DNA of 64,000 bases, from the NCBI GenBank assembly GCA_049325535.1, contig JBMOKY010000001.1:1008048-1072047 (forward strand). The letters run 5' to 3'. This stretch comes from Patescibacteria group bacterium. Its GTDB lineage: Bacteria; Patescibacteriota; Patescibacteriia; UBA10025; JAHIVO01. Made by a program: the position numbers and the translations under genes. Positions 28,541-39,149 of this stretch are shown piece after piece (position 1 is the stretch's first letter; each line of letters begins with the position of its first letter). The notes beneath the pieces were generated by a model that did no database searches, was not told where the DNA came from, and was given only the letters and a program-made list of their open reading frames with translations.

Positions 28541-29857
28541 TTAGTGTAGTATGTCCCGTATTGCTTGTCTATCGTCCCAGGGTATGAGTCTCCCGCCCGA
28601 CACGGCCATCACGGTTTCGCTCCCCTTTCCGGTTACGAGTACGACGTCCCCCGCTTGAGCCAGTTTGAGAGCGGCAGACAGCGCCGCGCGGCGATCGGGA
28701 ATCGCCCAGCAATTTTGGTCTCGAATTTTTCCAGCCGTGATTACCCCAGCCATCACATCGTCAATGATATGTTGCGGATCCTCATCATACGGGTCTTCAT
28801 TGGTAACGATTACATAATCGGCATAGGTACCGGCCAATGTGCCCATCACCGGACGCTTTGCCCGATCCCGGCCACCACCCTGCGAACCCAATACCACTAT
28901 CAGGTGTTTGGCATGGAGCGGCTTCATCGCTCGGTACACGGACTCAAGCGAGGCTGGCTCATGAGCATAATCTACGAAGATGCGTATGCGACGCAAATTA
29001 CTGATCTCCTCGAGCCGTCCCGGAATCTGCACATTCTGCTCCACTGCCTCCCGTATTTGATTCCAGGAAATGCCGCAGGCCGCGCCGACACACGCCGCGG
29101 CAAGTATATTGTACACATTAAATGTCCCCAATAGCCATACGCGAAACAACTGATGATTGAGCACAAACTCGGTATGGTGAGCATACGCTGCCACTCGTTC
29201 AGCTATCACGTGCATATCACTCTGCTGTGGCACTGGCTGATCGGGTCGCAACGAATAGGTAAAGCGGCGATCGGCATCCGCGCTGAGGAATCGATCGGCT
29301 TCAGGGTCATCAGCATTGACGACAATCATTTTTGGAATTCGCTCACCTGCGATGACCTTGGTCGGCAATGTCGATAGCCGCTGAAAAAGCCTGAGCTTTG
29401 CATCACGATATCGTTCAAATGATCCGTGCGATTCGATGTGTTCAGGCGACAGATTGGTAAATACCGCCAGATCATAATCGATACCGACATGACGGAACTG
29501 CGCAATTCCCTCCGATGACGTCTCGACTACCACATAGCGGCAGCCGCACCAAACCATTTCCCGTAGCAATTGCTGCAAACGAAAACGGCCAGGCATCGTC
29601 TGCTTCGTCTGATTCACCCATTCTCGTGAACCGATTTTGAAATGCGTCGTGGCCACCACGCCAACGGTATTTCCTGCCTGCTCCAAGATACGACTGATCA
29701 GTGTCACGGTGGTCGATTTTCCTTTGGTACCGGTCACGCCAATAACAATCAAACGGCGCGAGGGATATCGGTACCACCAAGCGCCCATGCTTGCCAGACA
29801 CCAATGGTATGTCTGGAGTAAAAATTTCGGAATGAATTTCCTGATCAATCGTTTCAT
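28541..29857 (-). CDS. Mur ligase family protein (MurE/MurT-like)
   Basis: ATP-binding GVTGTKGKSTT plus Mur ligase middle and C-terminal domains. The start at complement 29855-29857 overlaps the cutA stop (ATGA). Confidence 0.7.
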   Translation of the reverse strand: MKRLIRKFIPKFLLQTYHWCLASMGAWWYRYPSRRLIVIGVTGTKGKSTTVTLISRILEQAGNTVGVVATTHFKIGSREWVNQTKQTMPGRFRLQQLLREMVWCGCRYVVVETSSEGIAQFRHVGIDYDLAVFTNLSPEHIESHGSFERYRDAKLRLFQRLSTLPTKVIAGERIPKMIVVNADDPEADRFLSADADRRFTYSLRPDQPVPQQSDMHVIAERVAAYAHHTEFVLNHQLFRVWLLGTFNVYNILAAACVGAACGISWNQIREAVEQNVQIPGRLEEISNLRRIRIFVDYAHEPASLESVYRAMKPLHAKHLIVVLGSQGGGRDRAKRPVMGTLAGTYADYVIVTNEDPYDEDPQHIIDDVMAGVITAGKIRDQNCWAIPDRRAALSAALKLAQAGDVVLVTGKGSETVMAVSGGRLIPWDDRQAIRDILH

Positions 29858-30165
29858 GGCAGTCGGGTTTGCTTCAATAACCACTGTTGATAGGGCGGAT
29901 AGACCCTGCCCACTGGTAACTCAAATATACAGGGAACTGCATCAGGGTGGTGCTGTTTGATGTATCGGGTTATAGCGATAAAATGTCGACGGTGAGTCTT
30001 GATTAAACTGGCGTATTCCCGATTTTTTTTTAATCTTCCCTGCCAATAGTACCAGGATTCCACCGGAAAAAAATTGACGCAGGCGGCCTGGCGCTGCTTG
30101 AGAAGCATGCCGCAAATTTTTTGAGCCTGCTTTTTCGTAGGATACGTGACGAAAATATCAATCAT
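29854..30165 (-). CDS. cutA: Divalent-cation tolerance protein CutA
   Basis: 103 aa with CutA1-like sequence throughout (DIFVTYPTKKQAQKI...CVNFFPVESWYYWQGRL...). Confidence 0.8.
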   Translation of the reverse strand: MIDIFVTYPTKKQAQKICGMLLKQRQAACVNFFPVESWYYWQGRLKKNREYASLIKTHRRHFIAITRYIKQHHPDAVPCIFELPVGRVYPPYQQWLLKQTRLP

Positions 30166-30168
30166 GGA

Positions 30169-30570
30169 TTATTCAGCCCGTATCAAATTTCCCTGCGGAT
30201 CCAGTTCCACGAAATGTTTTGCCGCGCCGCTGCGAAACCCGCTGCACTGGTTGGCCGGGTCATTATCCACGTCTTGCCGCGGATCATGCGCCACATCCAC
30301 CACCCAGTCTTCGATTGCCTGATTGGATAAGCACGGACCGTCCGATAAATCAATATCATCAATAATCGCCTGGCGATACAACTCATACGCTTTGGCAACG
30401 GCCAAATCTCTATCGGCTTGCGTTTTCAATTGGACATCTGCCGCGCCACTTAAAACTTCCGCGCCATTCACCGAATCATCTTCGGTACCCGAGCGGGTGG
30501 CCAACATAAAATACACCCCGGCGCCCAACGCGGCGATGATGATGATTATGATAATAATATATTTCACCAT
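30169..30570 (-). CDS. Hypothetical membrane-anchored protein (poly-Ile TM segment)
   Basis: N-terminal MVKYIIIIIIIIAALGAGVYFML followed by an acidic soluble domain. Confidence 0.5.
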   Translation of the reverse strand: MVKYIIIIIIIIAALGAGVYFMLATRSGTEDDSVNGAEVLSGAADVQLKTQADRDLAVAKAYELYRQAIIDDIDLSDGPCLSNQAIEDWVVDVAHDPRQDVDNDPANQCSGFRSGAAKHFVELDPQGNLIRAE

Positions 30571-30642
30571 ACCATCACTAGTATACTGTTTTTACCCACA
30601 AAAAACAAACCTCCCTGCATGGAAAACGGCCAGCCACTCGTG

Positions 30643-31803
30643 CTATCGCTTGAGCGCGTCGACACGATCCAGCTGTTCCCAAGGAAGCGACACGTCGACC
30701 CGGCCAAAATGACCATAAGCAGCCGTCTGCTCGTAGATAGGCCGCTTGAGATTGAGTACGCTAATAATGTCCGCTGGTTTCAGCGGGAAGTGCTCCTGGA
30801 CCAGGCGGATGACATCGCCATTCTCCAGAGTGCCTGTGCCAAACGTATTGACCATAATCGACACCGGCTCTGCCACGCCAATAGCATAAGCAAGCTGAAT
30901 CTCCACCCGCCGGGCGATCCCGGCCGCCACCAGATTTTTTGCGATGTACCGGGCAGCGTACGAAGCGCTCCGATCAACTTTTGAGACGTCCTTGCCGGAA
31001 AATGCGCCACCGCCGTGAGCCCCCACTCCGCCGTAGGTATCCACGATGATCTTCCGCCCGGTCAATCCGGTGTCGGCCGGGGGGCCGCCGAGCACAAACC
31101 GACCGGTGGCATTGATATGCAATCGTATCTGATCCGAATACAGATCCCCCAGCACTGGCCGTATCACCAGCTCAGTAATTTCTTTGCGAAGCTGGGAAGT
31201 GCTCACCGCTTCCGCATGTTGGGCGGCGATGACCACCGTATCGACTCGCTGGGGCCGATCATTTGCATATTCCACCGTCACCTGGGATTTACCGTCCGGC
31301 CGCAGGTACGGCAGCGTCCGATCTTTCCGCACATCGGCCAGCCGCTTGGTCAGTTGGTGTGCCAAGGCGATAGGTAATGGCATGTACTCCGGGGTCTCGT
31401 CACAGGCATACCCAAACATGAGCCCCTGGTCACCCGCACCCTGCTCCTTATCACCGCTCGCATCGACTCCCTGCGCGATATCCGGCGACTGCTCATGAAT
31501 AGTGCTCAATACCCCCACGTCATCGGCACAAAAGCCATACTCCGATTTATCATAACCGATCCGCCGAATAGTTCGCCGAACCACTTCCTGAATATTGACA
31601 TATCCGGTTGTCCGAACCTCGCCGCCTACCATGACCAATCCAGTGGTGGCAAAACACTCGACCGCCGAGCGAGATTCGGGGTCCTGACGGAGCATTTCAT
31701 CATACACCGCATCAGAGATCTGATCACACACTTTATCCGGATGACCCTCGGTGACCGACTCAGAAGTAAATAACCGTTTGTACGATGACATAAGTTCCTT
31801 CAT
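30643..31803 (-). CDS. metK: S-adenosylmethionine synthetase
   Basis: [18 protein letters not shown] and DTYGG motifs. Confidence 0.95.
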   Translation of the reverse strand: MKELMSSYKRLFTSESVTEGHPDKVCDQISDAVYDEMLRQDPESRSAVECFATTGLVMVGGEVRTTGYVNIQEVVRRTIRRIGYDKSEYGFCADDVGVLSTIHEQSPDIAQGVDASGDKEQGAGDQGLMFGYACDETPEYMPLPIALAHQLTKRLADVRKDRTLPYLRPDGKSQVTVEYANDRPQRVDTVVIAAQHAEAVSTSQLRKEITELVIRPVLGDLYSDQIRLHINATGRFVLGGPPADTGLTGRKIIVDTYGGVGAHGGGAFSGKDVSKVDRSASYAARYIAKNLVAAGIARRVEIQLAYAIGVAEPVSIMVNTFGTGTLENGDVIRLVQEHFPLKPADIISVLNLKRPIYEQTAAYGHFGRVDVSLPWEQLDRVDALKR

Positions 31804-31958
31804 TTATGTAATAAAAATATCTCCGACCAAATATGGAGGAGATGTGAGTACTGCTACACTTATCTACCTACACGATTGGTAGCCGAGAATTAGCACCCGC
31901 CCGTGACGGGTTGCCGGGGAGTCACCGGGCTCGGTCCCTACTCCCACTCGTGATAAGC
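31804..31958 (-). ncRNA. SAM-I (S-box) riboswitch with an SD-sequestering expression platform, in the metK leader
   Basis: The minus-strand RNA reads CUUAUCACGAGUGGGAGUAGGGACCGAGCCCGGUGACUCCCCGGCAACC...GGUGCUAAUUCU...GUAGAUAAG. This matches the SAM-I consensus: P1 CUUAUC/GAUAAG, GGGA...GCCC...UGA...CCGGCAACC, and GGUGC.AAUUC. Downstream, AUCUCCUCC can pair with GGAGAU adjacent to the metK start. Confidence 0.8.
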
Positions 31959-32208
31959 TATTTGATTGTCAAAAGGTAGCGTCAGTATACGTAGCGCTCA
32001 TCTTCCCGTCAAGCGCTCCAAGCATTCGGCGTGATAGATGCGCCATGAATACATGAATAAGCGTGGTCCATGCGTACGCACAGAATTCCCCGATGACTGA
32101 CATGCGTTTAGCGGAATCGAGCCGAAGCAATGCGTTTGCCCGCATTCTTCCGGTGCTTCTTTTGCGCTACCTTTTTCTTCTTATTCATAATATATGACTA
32201 ATAATATG

Positions 32209-33207
32209 TTACCGCGACATGGCGTCATGTGAACGGATGGTGTGTTTCCCGATAACAGGCGCGTCGATGCCCCGTGCGACTGCAGCGGCCTTGACCTCCG
32301 CTGGTAAATCAAACCATACCCGTTCGTCAACCGATTGCAGCGTCTCTACGGATGTCGCGCCATGACGCTGCAGCATGCGCACTACCTCCTGGACAATATC
32401 CTCAGGTGCCGAAGCCCCGGAAGTGACACCAACAGTATCAATGCCGTCCAACCATGTATCCTGAATCTCATCGGCCCGGTCAATGCGGTATGCCGGACAT
32501 CCTTGCGCCCGGGCCACGTCGACCAATCGATTGGTATTTGAGCTGGTCGCTGATCCGATTACCAATATCATGCCACATGATGCGGCAAGCGCCGTGACCG
32601 CCTTCTGACGATTCGTGGTCGCATAGCAGATGTCTGAAGCCGGAGGCAACACCGCCTGAGGGAATCGCTTGCGGATTTCCTCGAGGGTTGCCCGGGTATC
32701 ATCGACGGACAGCGTGGTCTGGGTCAGCACCGCAATCCGATGATCTGCTGGTAATTGCAACGCATCCACATCTGCGACTGTCTCTACCACATGAGTACGT
32801 TCAGGTGCCTCACCCATAGTGCCGCGCATTTCCACGTGGCCACGATGCCCAACTAAGATGATGGTATACCCCTCTCGGGCATACCGCTGTACTTCCAGAT
32901 GCACTTTCGTTACCAATGGACAGGTGGCATCAATCACGTCCAGTTTCCGTTCTTTCGCTTCAGCATAGTCCGCCGGCGGGCTGCCATGGGCGCTGAATAC
33001 GACCCGGCCACCTTCGGGGATTTCCGCAACCGACTCGATAAACGTCACCCCCTTAGCTTCTAAACGCTGAACCACATGGGTATTGTGTACGATGGCATGT
33101 TTGACGTACAGCGGCGTGCCATATACCTGCAATGCTAATTCCACGACGTCAATCGCCCGATCAACGCCAGCGCAGAAACCCCTCGGACTGGCCAGCAAAA
33201 CTTTCAT
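32209..33207 (-). CDS. ispH: 4-hydroxy-3-methylbut-2-enyl diphosphate reductase
   Basis: MKVLLASPRGFCAGVDRAI... is the conserved IspH/LytB N-terminus. The longest ORF extends 33 codons further upstream (to 33306), but the MKVLL start matches homolog N-termini. Confidence 0.85.
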   Translation of the reverse strand: MKVLLASPRGFCAGVDRAIDVVELALQVYGTPLYVKHAIVHNTHVVQRLEAKGVTFIESVAEIPEGGRVVFSAHGSPPADYAEAKERKLDVIDATCPLVTKVHLEVQRYAREGYTIILVGHRGHVEMRGTMGEAPERTHVVETVADVDALQLPADHRIAVLTQTTLSVDDTRATLEEIRKRFPQAVLPPASDICYATTNRQKAVTALAASCGMILVIGSATSSNTNRLVDVARAQGCPAYRIDRADEIQDTWLDGIDTVGVTSGASAPEDIVQEVVRMLQRHGATSVETLQSVDERVWFDLPAEVKAAAVARGIDAPVIGKHTIRSHDAMSR

Positions 33208-33336
33208 AGCAGGTGGGAGTATAGCAAAAATGCCCGATCGTGGATAGGCAGGCGCACGTTTGTACGAATGACTACTCGGATCACCCGTACACGACGGGGC
33301 CGTCATTCACCTCGGTATCCATTCTGTGCAAACCCA

Positions 33337-33408
33337 TGCCCTCAAGAGGAGTCGAACCTCTATTACAAGATCCGGAATCTTGCGTCCTATCCATTGAACG
33401 ATGAGGGC
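33337..33408 (-). tRNA. tRNA-Arg (anticodon CCG)
   Basis: The minus-strand sequence GCCCTCATCGTTCAATGGATAGGACGCAAGATTCCGGATCTTGTAATAGAGGTTCGACTCCTCTTGAGGGCA folds as a cloverleaf. It has a 7-bp acceptor stem (GCCCTCA/TGAGGGC), T-loop GGTTCGACTCC, and anticodon loop TTCCGGA. CCA is not encoded. Confidence 0.85.
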
Positions 33409-33428
33409 GCGAGTTTGTGCAGAATTTA

Positions 33429-34142
33429 TTAACGCGTCTGCAAATACCGCTCAAACTGATCGATGTCATCGGGATTGCCGAAATCTATCCAGTACCCATC
33501 AATTTTTACGACCTTCACTTTTTTTTGCTGCGCAAGCGCCGTGATGGCATCGGTAATCTCATATTCGCCGCGGGATGACAATTGTACGCGGTCAATAATT
33601 TCAAAAATATCCTGGGTAAATTTATAAGCGCTTCCATTCACCAGATTGCCCATAAAGCTTTTTGGTTTTTCAACGATGCTCGTCAGTATGCCATCGGCAT
33701 CGGTGACGAGAACGCCTTTTGTCTCAGGGTGATCGGTCGTCTTCGCACCAACGTACGTATACGCATCATCGCGGATCAATTTCTGAATATCGGCAACCTC
33801 ATAAAAATTATCACCGGCGAGCGCCACGAATTGATCAGCCCCAATGATGTCCCGCACAACTTTTATCGGACAGGCTGTGCCATATTCTTTTTCACCGAGA
33901 ATCTTGAATTGATCCAGTACTCGGACGGGATAGGAAAGGGTAGCCACAAACCGCTCGATCTGTTCTGAAAAATACCCACTGACGATGGTAATATCGGTTA
34001 ATCCGGCAGCGCGAATTTGTTCGAGTAGGTAGTATAAAAAAGGCTTACCGGCAACCTCAATGAGGTGCTTGGGGCGATCCTGTGACAGATGTTTCATCCG
34101 GGTACCACGGCCGGCTGCTGAAATGACTACTTTCGATATCAT
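33429..34142 (-). CDS. Sugar-phosphate nucleotidyltransferase (NTP_transferase family)
   Basis: N-terminal AAGRGTRMKHLSQDRPKHLIEVAGKPFL, the signature of glucose-1-P thymidylyl/uridylyltransferase-like enzymes. Confidence 0.75.
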   Translation of the reverse strand: MISKVVISAAGRGTRMKHLSQDRPKHLIEVAGKPFLYYLLEQIRAAGLTDITIVSGYFSEQIERFVATLSYPVRVLDQFKILGEKEYGTACPIKVVRDIIGADQFVALAGDNFYEVADIQKLIRDDAYTYVGAKTTDHPETKGVLVTDADGILTSIVEKPKSFMGNLVNGSAYKFTQDIFEIIDRVQLSSRGEYEITDAITALAQQKKVKVVKIDGYWIDFGNPDDIDQFERYLQTR

Positions 34143-34146
34143 AGCC

Positions 34147-35175
34147 TCATGTACGAAATCGTCTGATGAATTTATATAGTGTATACCAGCCTGGCTTGAG
34201 TATCAAGTCCCGGGTGCCGGCGTAGCCGACGGGTACCCCGCCAAATCCTTGTTTGAAGCGCGTGATACCTTCCCAGCGCTCCTGGGTACCGGCAGCGGCC
34301 GAACCAACCCCCCAAAAGTCATACCAGCGCGCCCCGACCGATTGAGCATATTCTATCTGTTTCCATTGTAATAAATGAGGGGCCATCACATTACGAAATT
34401 CATTTGCCGACGCGCCATGAACATACGTCACCGTGTCACCGTAGTGCATCACGATATTCGCGGCGATAATTGATCCATGATACTCCGCCAGGAATAACCG
34501 CAGTGCCCCGGAAAAACCATACAGCTCAAACATAGTCTGGTAGTACCCCGCGTCATGCGCCACAAATGCATCTCGTGAAGCCGTCGTGGCCGTCAACCGG
34601 CAGAACGCCATGAGATCGTTTGCGCTGACGCCTTGGCGGATGGTCACGCCCTTACGTTCCGCCAGATGGATATTATAGCGTGTTTTTTGATGCAACTGCT
34701 CGGAAATTTGATGGCTTGTTTTGTCCAAAGGCAGCAGGATCGTATCTGACGGCTGGACATACCGGGCCGGCGCATGGCGCAACCCTCCCAGCACCTGCCG
34801 CGCCAGAAGCGGTGCGTCATCTCGGATCAACGGTGGTTCGATTTTGATAAACATCACATCCTTGGGGCGTGCCAACGCGCGTATCCCTGTCAACATCTCC
34901 CGCATCGCTGCCAATGCAGCGTCCCGATCCAGCGATGCCGATACTACCGGCCCCCGCGGTATATACCAATACCCCTGTTCCCCAGGCAATGCACGCTCCA
35001 GTACCTGTACGGCCGCCACCAGCCGGTTCCCATCACCCATACGATACCGCGAAACTGACCAGCCAGAGCGTTCCTGAAACGCCCCCCATTGCCAGGACTG
35101 TAAAAAAGGCGTGTGCGGCTGACTGGCCACAAACGATTCAAATAACTTTTGGTCGACGATTGGTCGTACTTCCAT
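34147..35175 (-). CDS. FemABX-family peptidoglycan aminoacyl transferase
   Basis: 342 aa; the N-terminal FLQSWQWGAFQ region and overall length resemble Fem/MurM lipid II aminoacyl transferases. Confidence 0.7.
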   Translation of the reverse strand: MEVRPIVDQKLFESFVASQPHTPFLQSWQWGAFQERSGWSVSRYRMGDGNRLVAAVQVLERALPGEQGYWYIPRGPVVSASLDRDAALAAMREMLTGIRALARPKDVMFIKIEPPLIRDDAPLLARQVLGGLRHAPARYVQPSDTILLPLDKTSHQISEQLHQKTRYNIHLAERKGVTIRQGVSANDLMAFCRLTATTASRDAFVAHDAGYYQTMFELYGFSGALRLFLAEYHGSIIAANIVMHYGDTVTYVHGASANEFRNVMAPHLLQWKQIEYAQSVGARWYDFWGVGSAAAGTQERWEGITRFKQGFGGVPVGYAGTRDLILKPGWYTLYKFIRRFRT

Positions 35176-35747
35176 TACTGCTGCTTCCCTAATAATTTGA
35201 GCGCGGCCTGTACCCGAGTTCTGGTTGTCGCCATTTCCGATGGAATCGCTCGCAGCGCGTCACGCGCCTCCTTCGCCGAATACCCCAAACCCATCAGCGC
35301 ATCGATCGCATCACCGTCAGCCCCCGGCTGTAGTACAATGTCATGAGAAGTGGCCAGTTTACGCTTCAGCTCTACGATGATGCGCTCTGCGGTTTTGGTG
35401 CCGATGCCCGACACTTTGGTCAGGAGAGAGGCGTCCCCCTGGACGATAGCCGATTGCAATTCATCCAGAGAGGCAAGCGCCATGACGGTCAAGGCTGATT
35501 TTGGCCCGACGCCGGTAACCCCGATCAGCTGTTTGAAAAAATTTCGCTCTCCGGCGCTGCGAAACCCGTATAGCTCCAACGAATCTTCCCGCACGTACTG
35601 ATAGGTGAACAGTGTCACGGTTGCGTCCAGCGCCGTCTGCTCCAGCACGGGAAGAGTACAAAAAACTTCATACCCGACCTGTCCGGAGACCACGGTTATT
35701 GATTTTTCAGTTTTTTCCTGGACCACGCCAGTGAGCATTGCAATCAT
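35175..35747 (-). CDS. ruvA: Holliday junction branch-migration complex subunit RuvA
   Basis: MIAMLTGVV...GYEV N-terminal OB domain, HhH motifs (GVGPKSAL, VSGIGTKTAERI) and a C-terminal RuvB-interaction domain. Confidence 0.9.
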   Translation of the reverse strand: MIAMLTGVVQEKTEKSITVVSGQVGYEVFCTLPVLEQTALDATVTLFTYQYVREDSLELYGFRSAGERNFFKQLIGVTGVGPKSALTVMALASLDELQSAIVQGDASLLTKVSGIGTKTAERIIVELKRKLATSHDIVLQPGADGDAIDALMGLGYSAKEARDALRAIPSEMATTRTRVQAALKLLGKQQ

Positions 35748-35780
35748 AGGATAGATACATAGTACCAGATTACGCCCGGC

Positions 35781-35818
35781 AAAAAAAGCCGCTATCTGTC
35801 ACGATGACATATAGCGGC
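35781..35818 (-). terminator. Intrinsic terminator after the antiporter gene
   Basis: On the minus strand GCCGCTAT...ATAGCGGC hairpin followed by UUUUUUU. Confidence 0.6.
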
Positions 35819-35840
35819 CAGAGCATATATTGCCAGCTGA

Positions 35841-37406
35841 TTACACAGTCTGTAAACCAGCGATCGCCTCCTGGAAATGCGCCAAACCATCGGTGATAGC
35901 CGCATCCACGTCGGCAGTACTCGGCGTGGAACAGTCGAATGACAATTCTCCTTTCGTCATCCTGAGCGTGATAATTTTCTGGTCATCATCCTTGCCAATC
36001 AGGTTGGCAATGCCGCGCACCCGATCGTCAAGCTCCACATCATAGCCTCTCGCCTGAAAAGCCTCCACCAGAAAATCGCGCAATGCCGACACCATGTGCG
36101 GCGACTGACGTAACGTCCGATATGGTTCGATCAATTGCGGCACCATCACTGTTTCCTCTCCCCGCACTCCGGATGCCGGGTTTTTGAATAATGGCACCAG
36201 AATAATCGGAGCGAGCAGTGTGGTTACCACCGTCATCATGATCGACACGCCAAATACTTCATTTGATATCAGCCCAGCGGATAATCCGATGCCGGCCACA
36301 ATCAGGGCTACTTCACCACGCGGCAACATACCGATGCCGATGCGCGACGAGCCCATAAAATTGAACCCGGAAAAAAATGCCGGAATGCCGCAGCCGACCA
36401 CTTTACCGATGATAGCAAAAGCGGTGATGACCAGTCCAAATACGATGGCGCTGGCCATGGCCCGGAAATCGACCAAGGTTCCCATGATCGCGAAAAACAC
36501 CGGCACGACCAGGTGTGAGGCACCGGCCAATTTCTCCTCAAGCTCTTTACCCAAAGGGGTGACGGACAGCAAGATACCGGCCAGATAGGCACCGATGATG
36601 GTAGCCAAGCCAAACATTTCAGCAATGGCAGCGATGAGAAAACAAATTGCCGCCGCAATTGCCGCATAGGTCTTACCATCCAGTTTGAGCAAATAATGTG
36701 ACAATTTCTTGCCAAACATGATGCCTATAACCGATACTACCCCGATGAAACCGACGGCTTTCAGGCCAATCATGCCCAGCTCGGATAGCGACACACCTTC
36801 ACCACCGTCCTGGCCAGCCAGTGACAGCACGACGGCCAGCACGAGAATGCCTAGGATATCATCGATCACCGCAGCGGCTAAAATCGAAACACCCTCGCGG
36901 GTATCCAATTTATACATATCGGACAAGACGCGGGCGGTAATGCCGACGGACGTGGCGGTCATGATGGCTCCCATAAAGAGCGCCGGACCGTCAAAAATAC
37001 TGTCGGCAAAACCAAACGCCATGGTTCCCCAGGCGCCGAGAAAGAACGGTACGACCACGCCGCCGATCGCGATGCCCAGCGATTTCAGTCCGTATTTCAT
37101 GAACATCTTTGCGTCGGTTTCCAGACCAACCAGAAAAAGCAGCAGTACCGCGCCGATTTGGCCGAAGAAATACAATTCAGGCGAGATGGCCAGACCCGAT
37201 CCATGCTCGGACGCATGCCCAAACAGCGCGCCGATGAACGGCAAATCTACACCACCGAGCGCAAATGGACCGATGGCCATGCCGCCGATCAGTTCGCCGA
37301 GTACCTCGGACTGTTTCATTTTCTTAAAAATAATGCCAAATAGCTTAGCAACGAGGAGAAGAACTGCCAACTGGAGAATAAGATGTGCGAGTTCTGCGGG
37401 TGTCAT
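35841..37406 (-). CDS. Monovalent cation:proton antiporter (CPA2 / Kef-type) with a C-terminal soluble regulatory domain
   Basis: About 12 TM helices with CPA2-like motifs, and a ~130-aa cytoplasmic tail. Confidence 0.8.
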   Translation of the reverse strand: MTPAELAHLILQLAVLLLVAKLFGIIFKKMKQSEVLGELIGGMAIGPFALGGVDLPFIGALFGHASEHGSGLAISPELYFFGQIGAVLLLFLVGLETDAKMFMKYGLKSLGIAIGGVVVPFFLGAWGTMAFGFADSIFDGPALFMGAIMTATSVGITARVLSDMYKLDTREGVSILAAAVIDDILGILVLAVVLSLAGQDGGEGVSLSELGMIGLKAVGFIGVVSVIGIMFGKKLSHYLLKLDGKTYAAIAAAICFLIAAIAEMFGLATIIGAYLAGILLSVTPLGKELEEKLAGASHLVVPVFFAIMGTLVDFRAMASAIVFGLVITAFAIIGKVVGCGIPAFFSGFNFMGSSRIGIGMLPRGEVALIVAGIGLSAGLISNEVFGVSIMMTVVTTLLAPIILVPLFKNPASGVRGEETVMVPQLIEPYRTLRQSPHMVSALRDFLVEAFQARGYDVELDDRVRGIANLIGKDDDQKIITLRMTKGELSFDCSTPSTADVDAAITDGLAHFQEAIAGLQTV

Positions 37407-37649
37407 ATACTAGACTCCTATTTTTTATATTGTTTTGATGCTTAATTATTCGAATCAACCATACTGCGGTCGACGGCGCAGTTATGTTTGCTATCTATAA
37501 TAGTACTCACCACCAATGTGTCAAGACCCTTGCGGATTGACACGGCATGATTCACTAAAAAAATCTCCCCGATTCCCTCAATATGATCCAATACCACAGA
37601 CTGCTGCACAGAACAACCCCCGTGGTGAGCGCGGGGTCTTCATGGTACA

Positions 37650-39149
37650 ATGGCTGATATGAAACGTTCTGCCGGTATTTTACTCCACCCTACCTCGCTT
37701 CCCAGCAGATACGCCATCGGTGATTTTGGACCGACCGCTTTTGCGTTTGTTGATTTTTTAGCACAGGCACGGGTGCATGTCTGGGCAGTCCTGCCACTGA
37801 CCATTCCGGATATGACCGGCTCGCCCTATGCCTCGGTTTCGGCCCATGCTCTGACCTGGCTCTGCGTCAGCCCTGACCAGCTGGTTCACGACGGTCTACT
37901 GCCCGCAACCGCCCTGCCCCGGTCCCGGCCGACGGATAACGTAAGCTATGCCACCGCCTACCATCAGCGGCGGACAGTACTGAAAGACGCCTTTTCCCAT
38001 TTCCAAAAAAACGGATCCCCGGCACACCATCGCGCAGTACGACAGTTTATCCGGCGAGAATCATACTGGCTCACCGAGTACGCCACATTCATGGCTATCA
38101 AACAGCGCTATCATGATATGCCTTGGTTCCGCTGGCCACGCGCGCTCGCCGAACACCGATCGGCGGAACTCCGCCACTGGCGTGCACGGCATGCCCGAGA
38201 AATCGCTTTTTTTGAATTCGAGCAATGGGTGACTCAATCACAGTGGCTCCGCCTCAAGGGGTATGCTCACCGCCAAGGTGTCAGTATATTTGGCGATATC
38301 CCTTTCTTCGTCACCCATGACAGCGTGGATGTCTGGGCACATCAAAACCAATTCCTGCTCAATAAAAAACATTTGCCAATCACAATCGCCGGAGTGCCAC
38401 CTGACTATTTTGGCCGGCGGGGACAAATCTGGGACAATCCGCACTATAACTGGCAGGTGATGCAAAAAAATCACTTTCACTGGTGGATAAGCCGTTTTCG
38501 TCGGGCTTCGAGGCTATATGACCTGACTCGTGTCGACCACTTCCGCGGATTCGATACCGTATGGCACATTCCCTTCGGCGCACGAACTGCGCGCCGAGGT
38601 TCCTGGGAGCCGGTGCCCGGACATAAGCTGCTGACCGAGGTGCGACGACGGGTATCGGGACTGAGCATCGTCGCGGAAGATCTGGGAACCATCACCCCAA
38701 CAGTCGCTACGCTCCGTAAAAAATTTGGCCTTCCCAGCATGCGCGTGCTGCAATTCAGCTTTAGCGGATTCCCCGACAATACCCACATGCCAAAAAACTT
38801 CCGTGGGCCGATCGTCGCCTACACCGGCACGCACGATAATGACACCAGCCGCGGATGGTTCACCACATCCAGCACCTCTGACGAACGCTGGCTGGCCGGC
38901 GAACGGCTCCGAGCAGACGAACACACGTTTGCGCAAAAACTGATCGCCTACGGTATGGCCACCCGCGCCCAGCTATTCATAGTTCCGCTCCAGGATATCC
39001 TCAATCTCGGGTCAGAAGCGCGGATGAATAAACCCGGCACTAAACGGGGCAACTGGCGCTGGCGATTCCAGCCCCACCACCTACACGCAGAACATGCTCA
39101 ACGACTCGCGCGTCTGATCCGTATCACCGGCCGCGGCCATGCCATTTAA
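37650..39149 (+). CDS. malQ: 4-alpha-glucanotransferase (amylomaltase, GH77)
   Basis: N-terminal RSAGILLHPTSLPSRYAIGDFG and catalytic-region motifs of GH77. Confidence 0.85.
   Translation: MADMKRSAGILLHPTSLPSRYAIGDFGPTAFAFVDFLAQARVHVWAVLPLTIPDMTGSPYASVSAHALTWLCVSPDQLVHDGLLPATALPRSRPTDNVSYATAYHQRRTVLKDAFSHFQKNGSPAHHRAVRQFIRRESYWLTEYATFMAIKQRYHDMPWFRWPRALAEHRSAELRHWRARHAREIAFFEFEQWVTQSQWLRLKGYAHRQGVSIFGDIPFFVTHDSVDVWAHQNQFLLNKKHLPITIAGVPPDYFGRRGQIWDNPHYNWQVMQKNHFHWWISRFRRASRLYDLTRVDHFRGFDTVWHIPFGARTARRGSWEPVPGHKLLTEVRRRVSGLSIVAEDLGTITPTVATLRKKFGLPSMRVLQFSFSGFPDNTHMPKNFRGPIVAYTGTHDNDTSRGWFTTSSTSDERWLAGERLRADEHTFAQKLIAYGMATRAQLFIVPLQDILNLGSEARMNKPGTKRGNWRWRFQPHHLHAEHAQRLARLIRITGRGHAI

Noticed and set aside
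32209-33306. 33-codon N-terminal extension of ispH
   Set aside because: Homologs begin at MKVLL; the extension would place the start 31 nt from the tRNA-Arg gene and has no SD site.
36709-37413. 234-aa plus-strand ORF
   Set aside because: Antisense to the CPA2 antiporter gene; its Pro/Ser/Thr/Ala-rich translation is typical of the reverse frame of a membrane protein.
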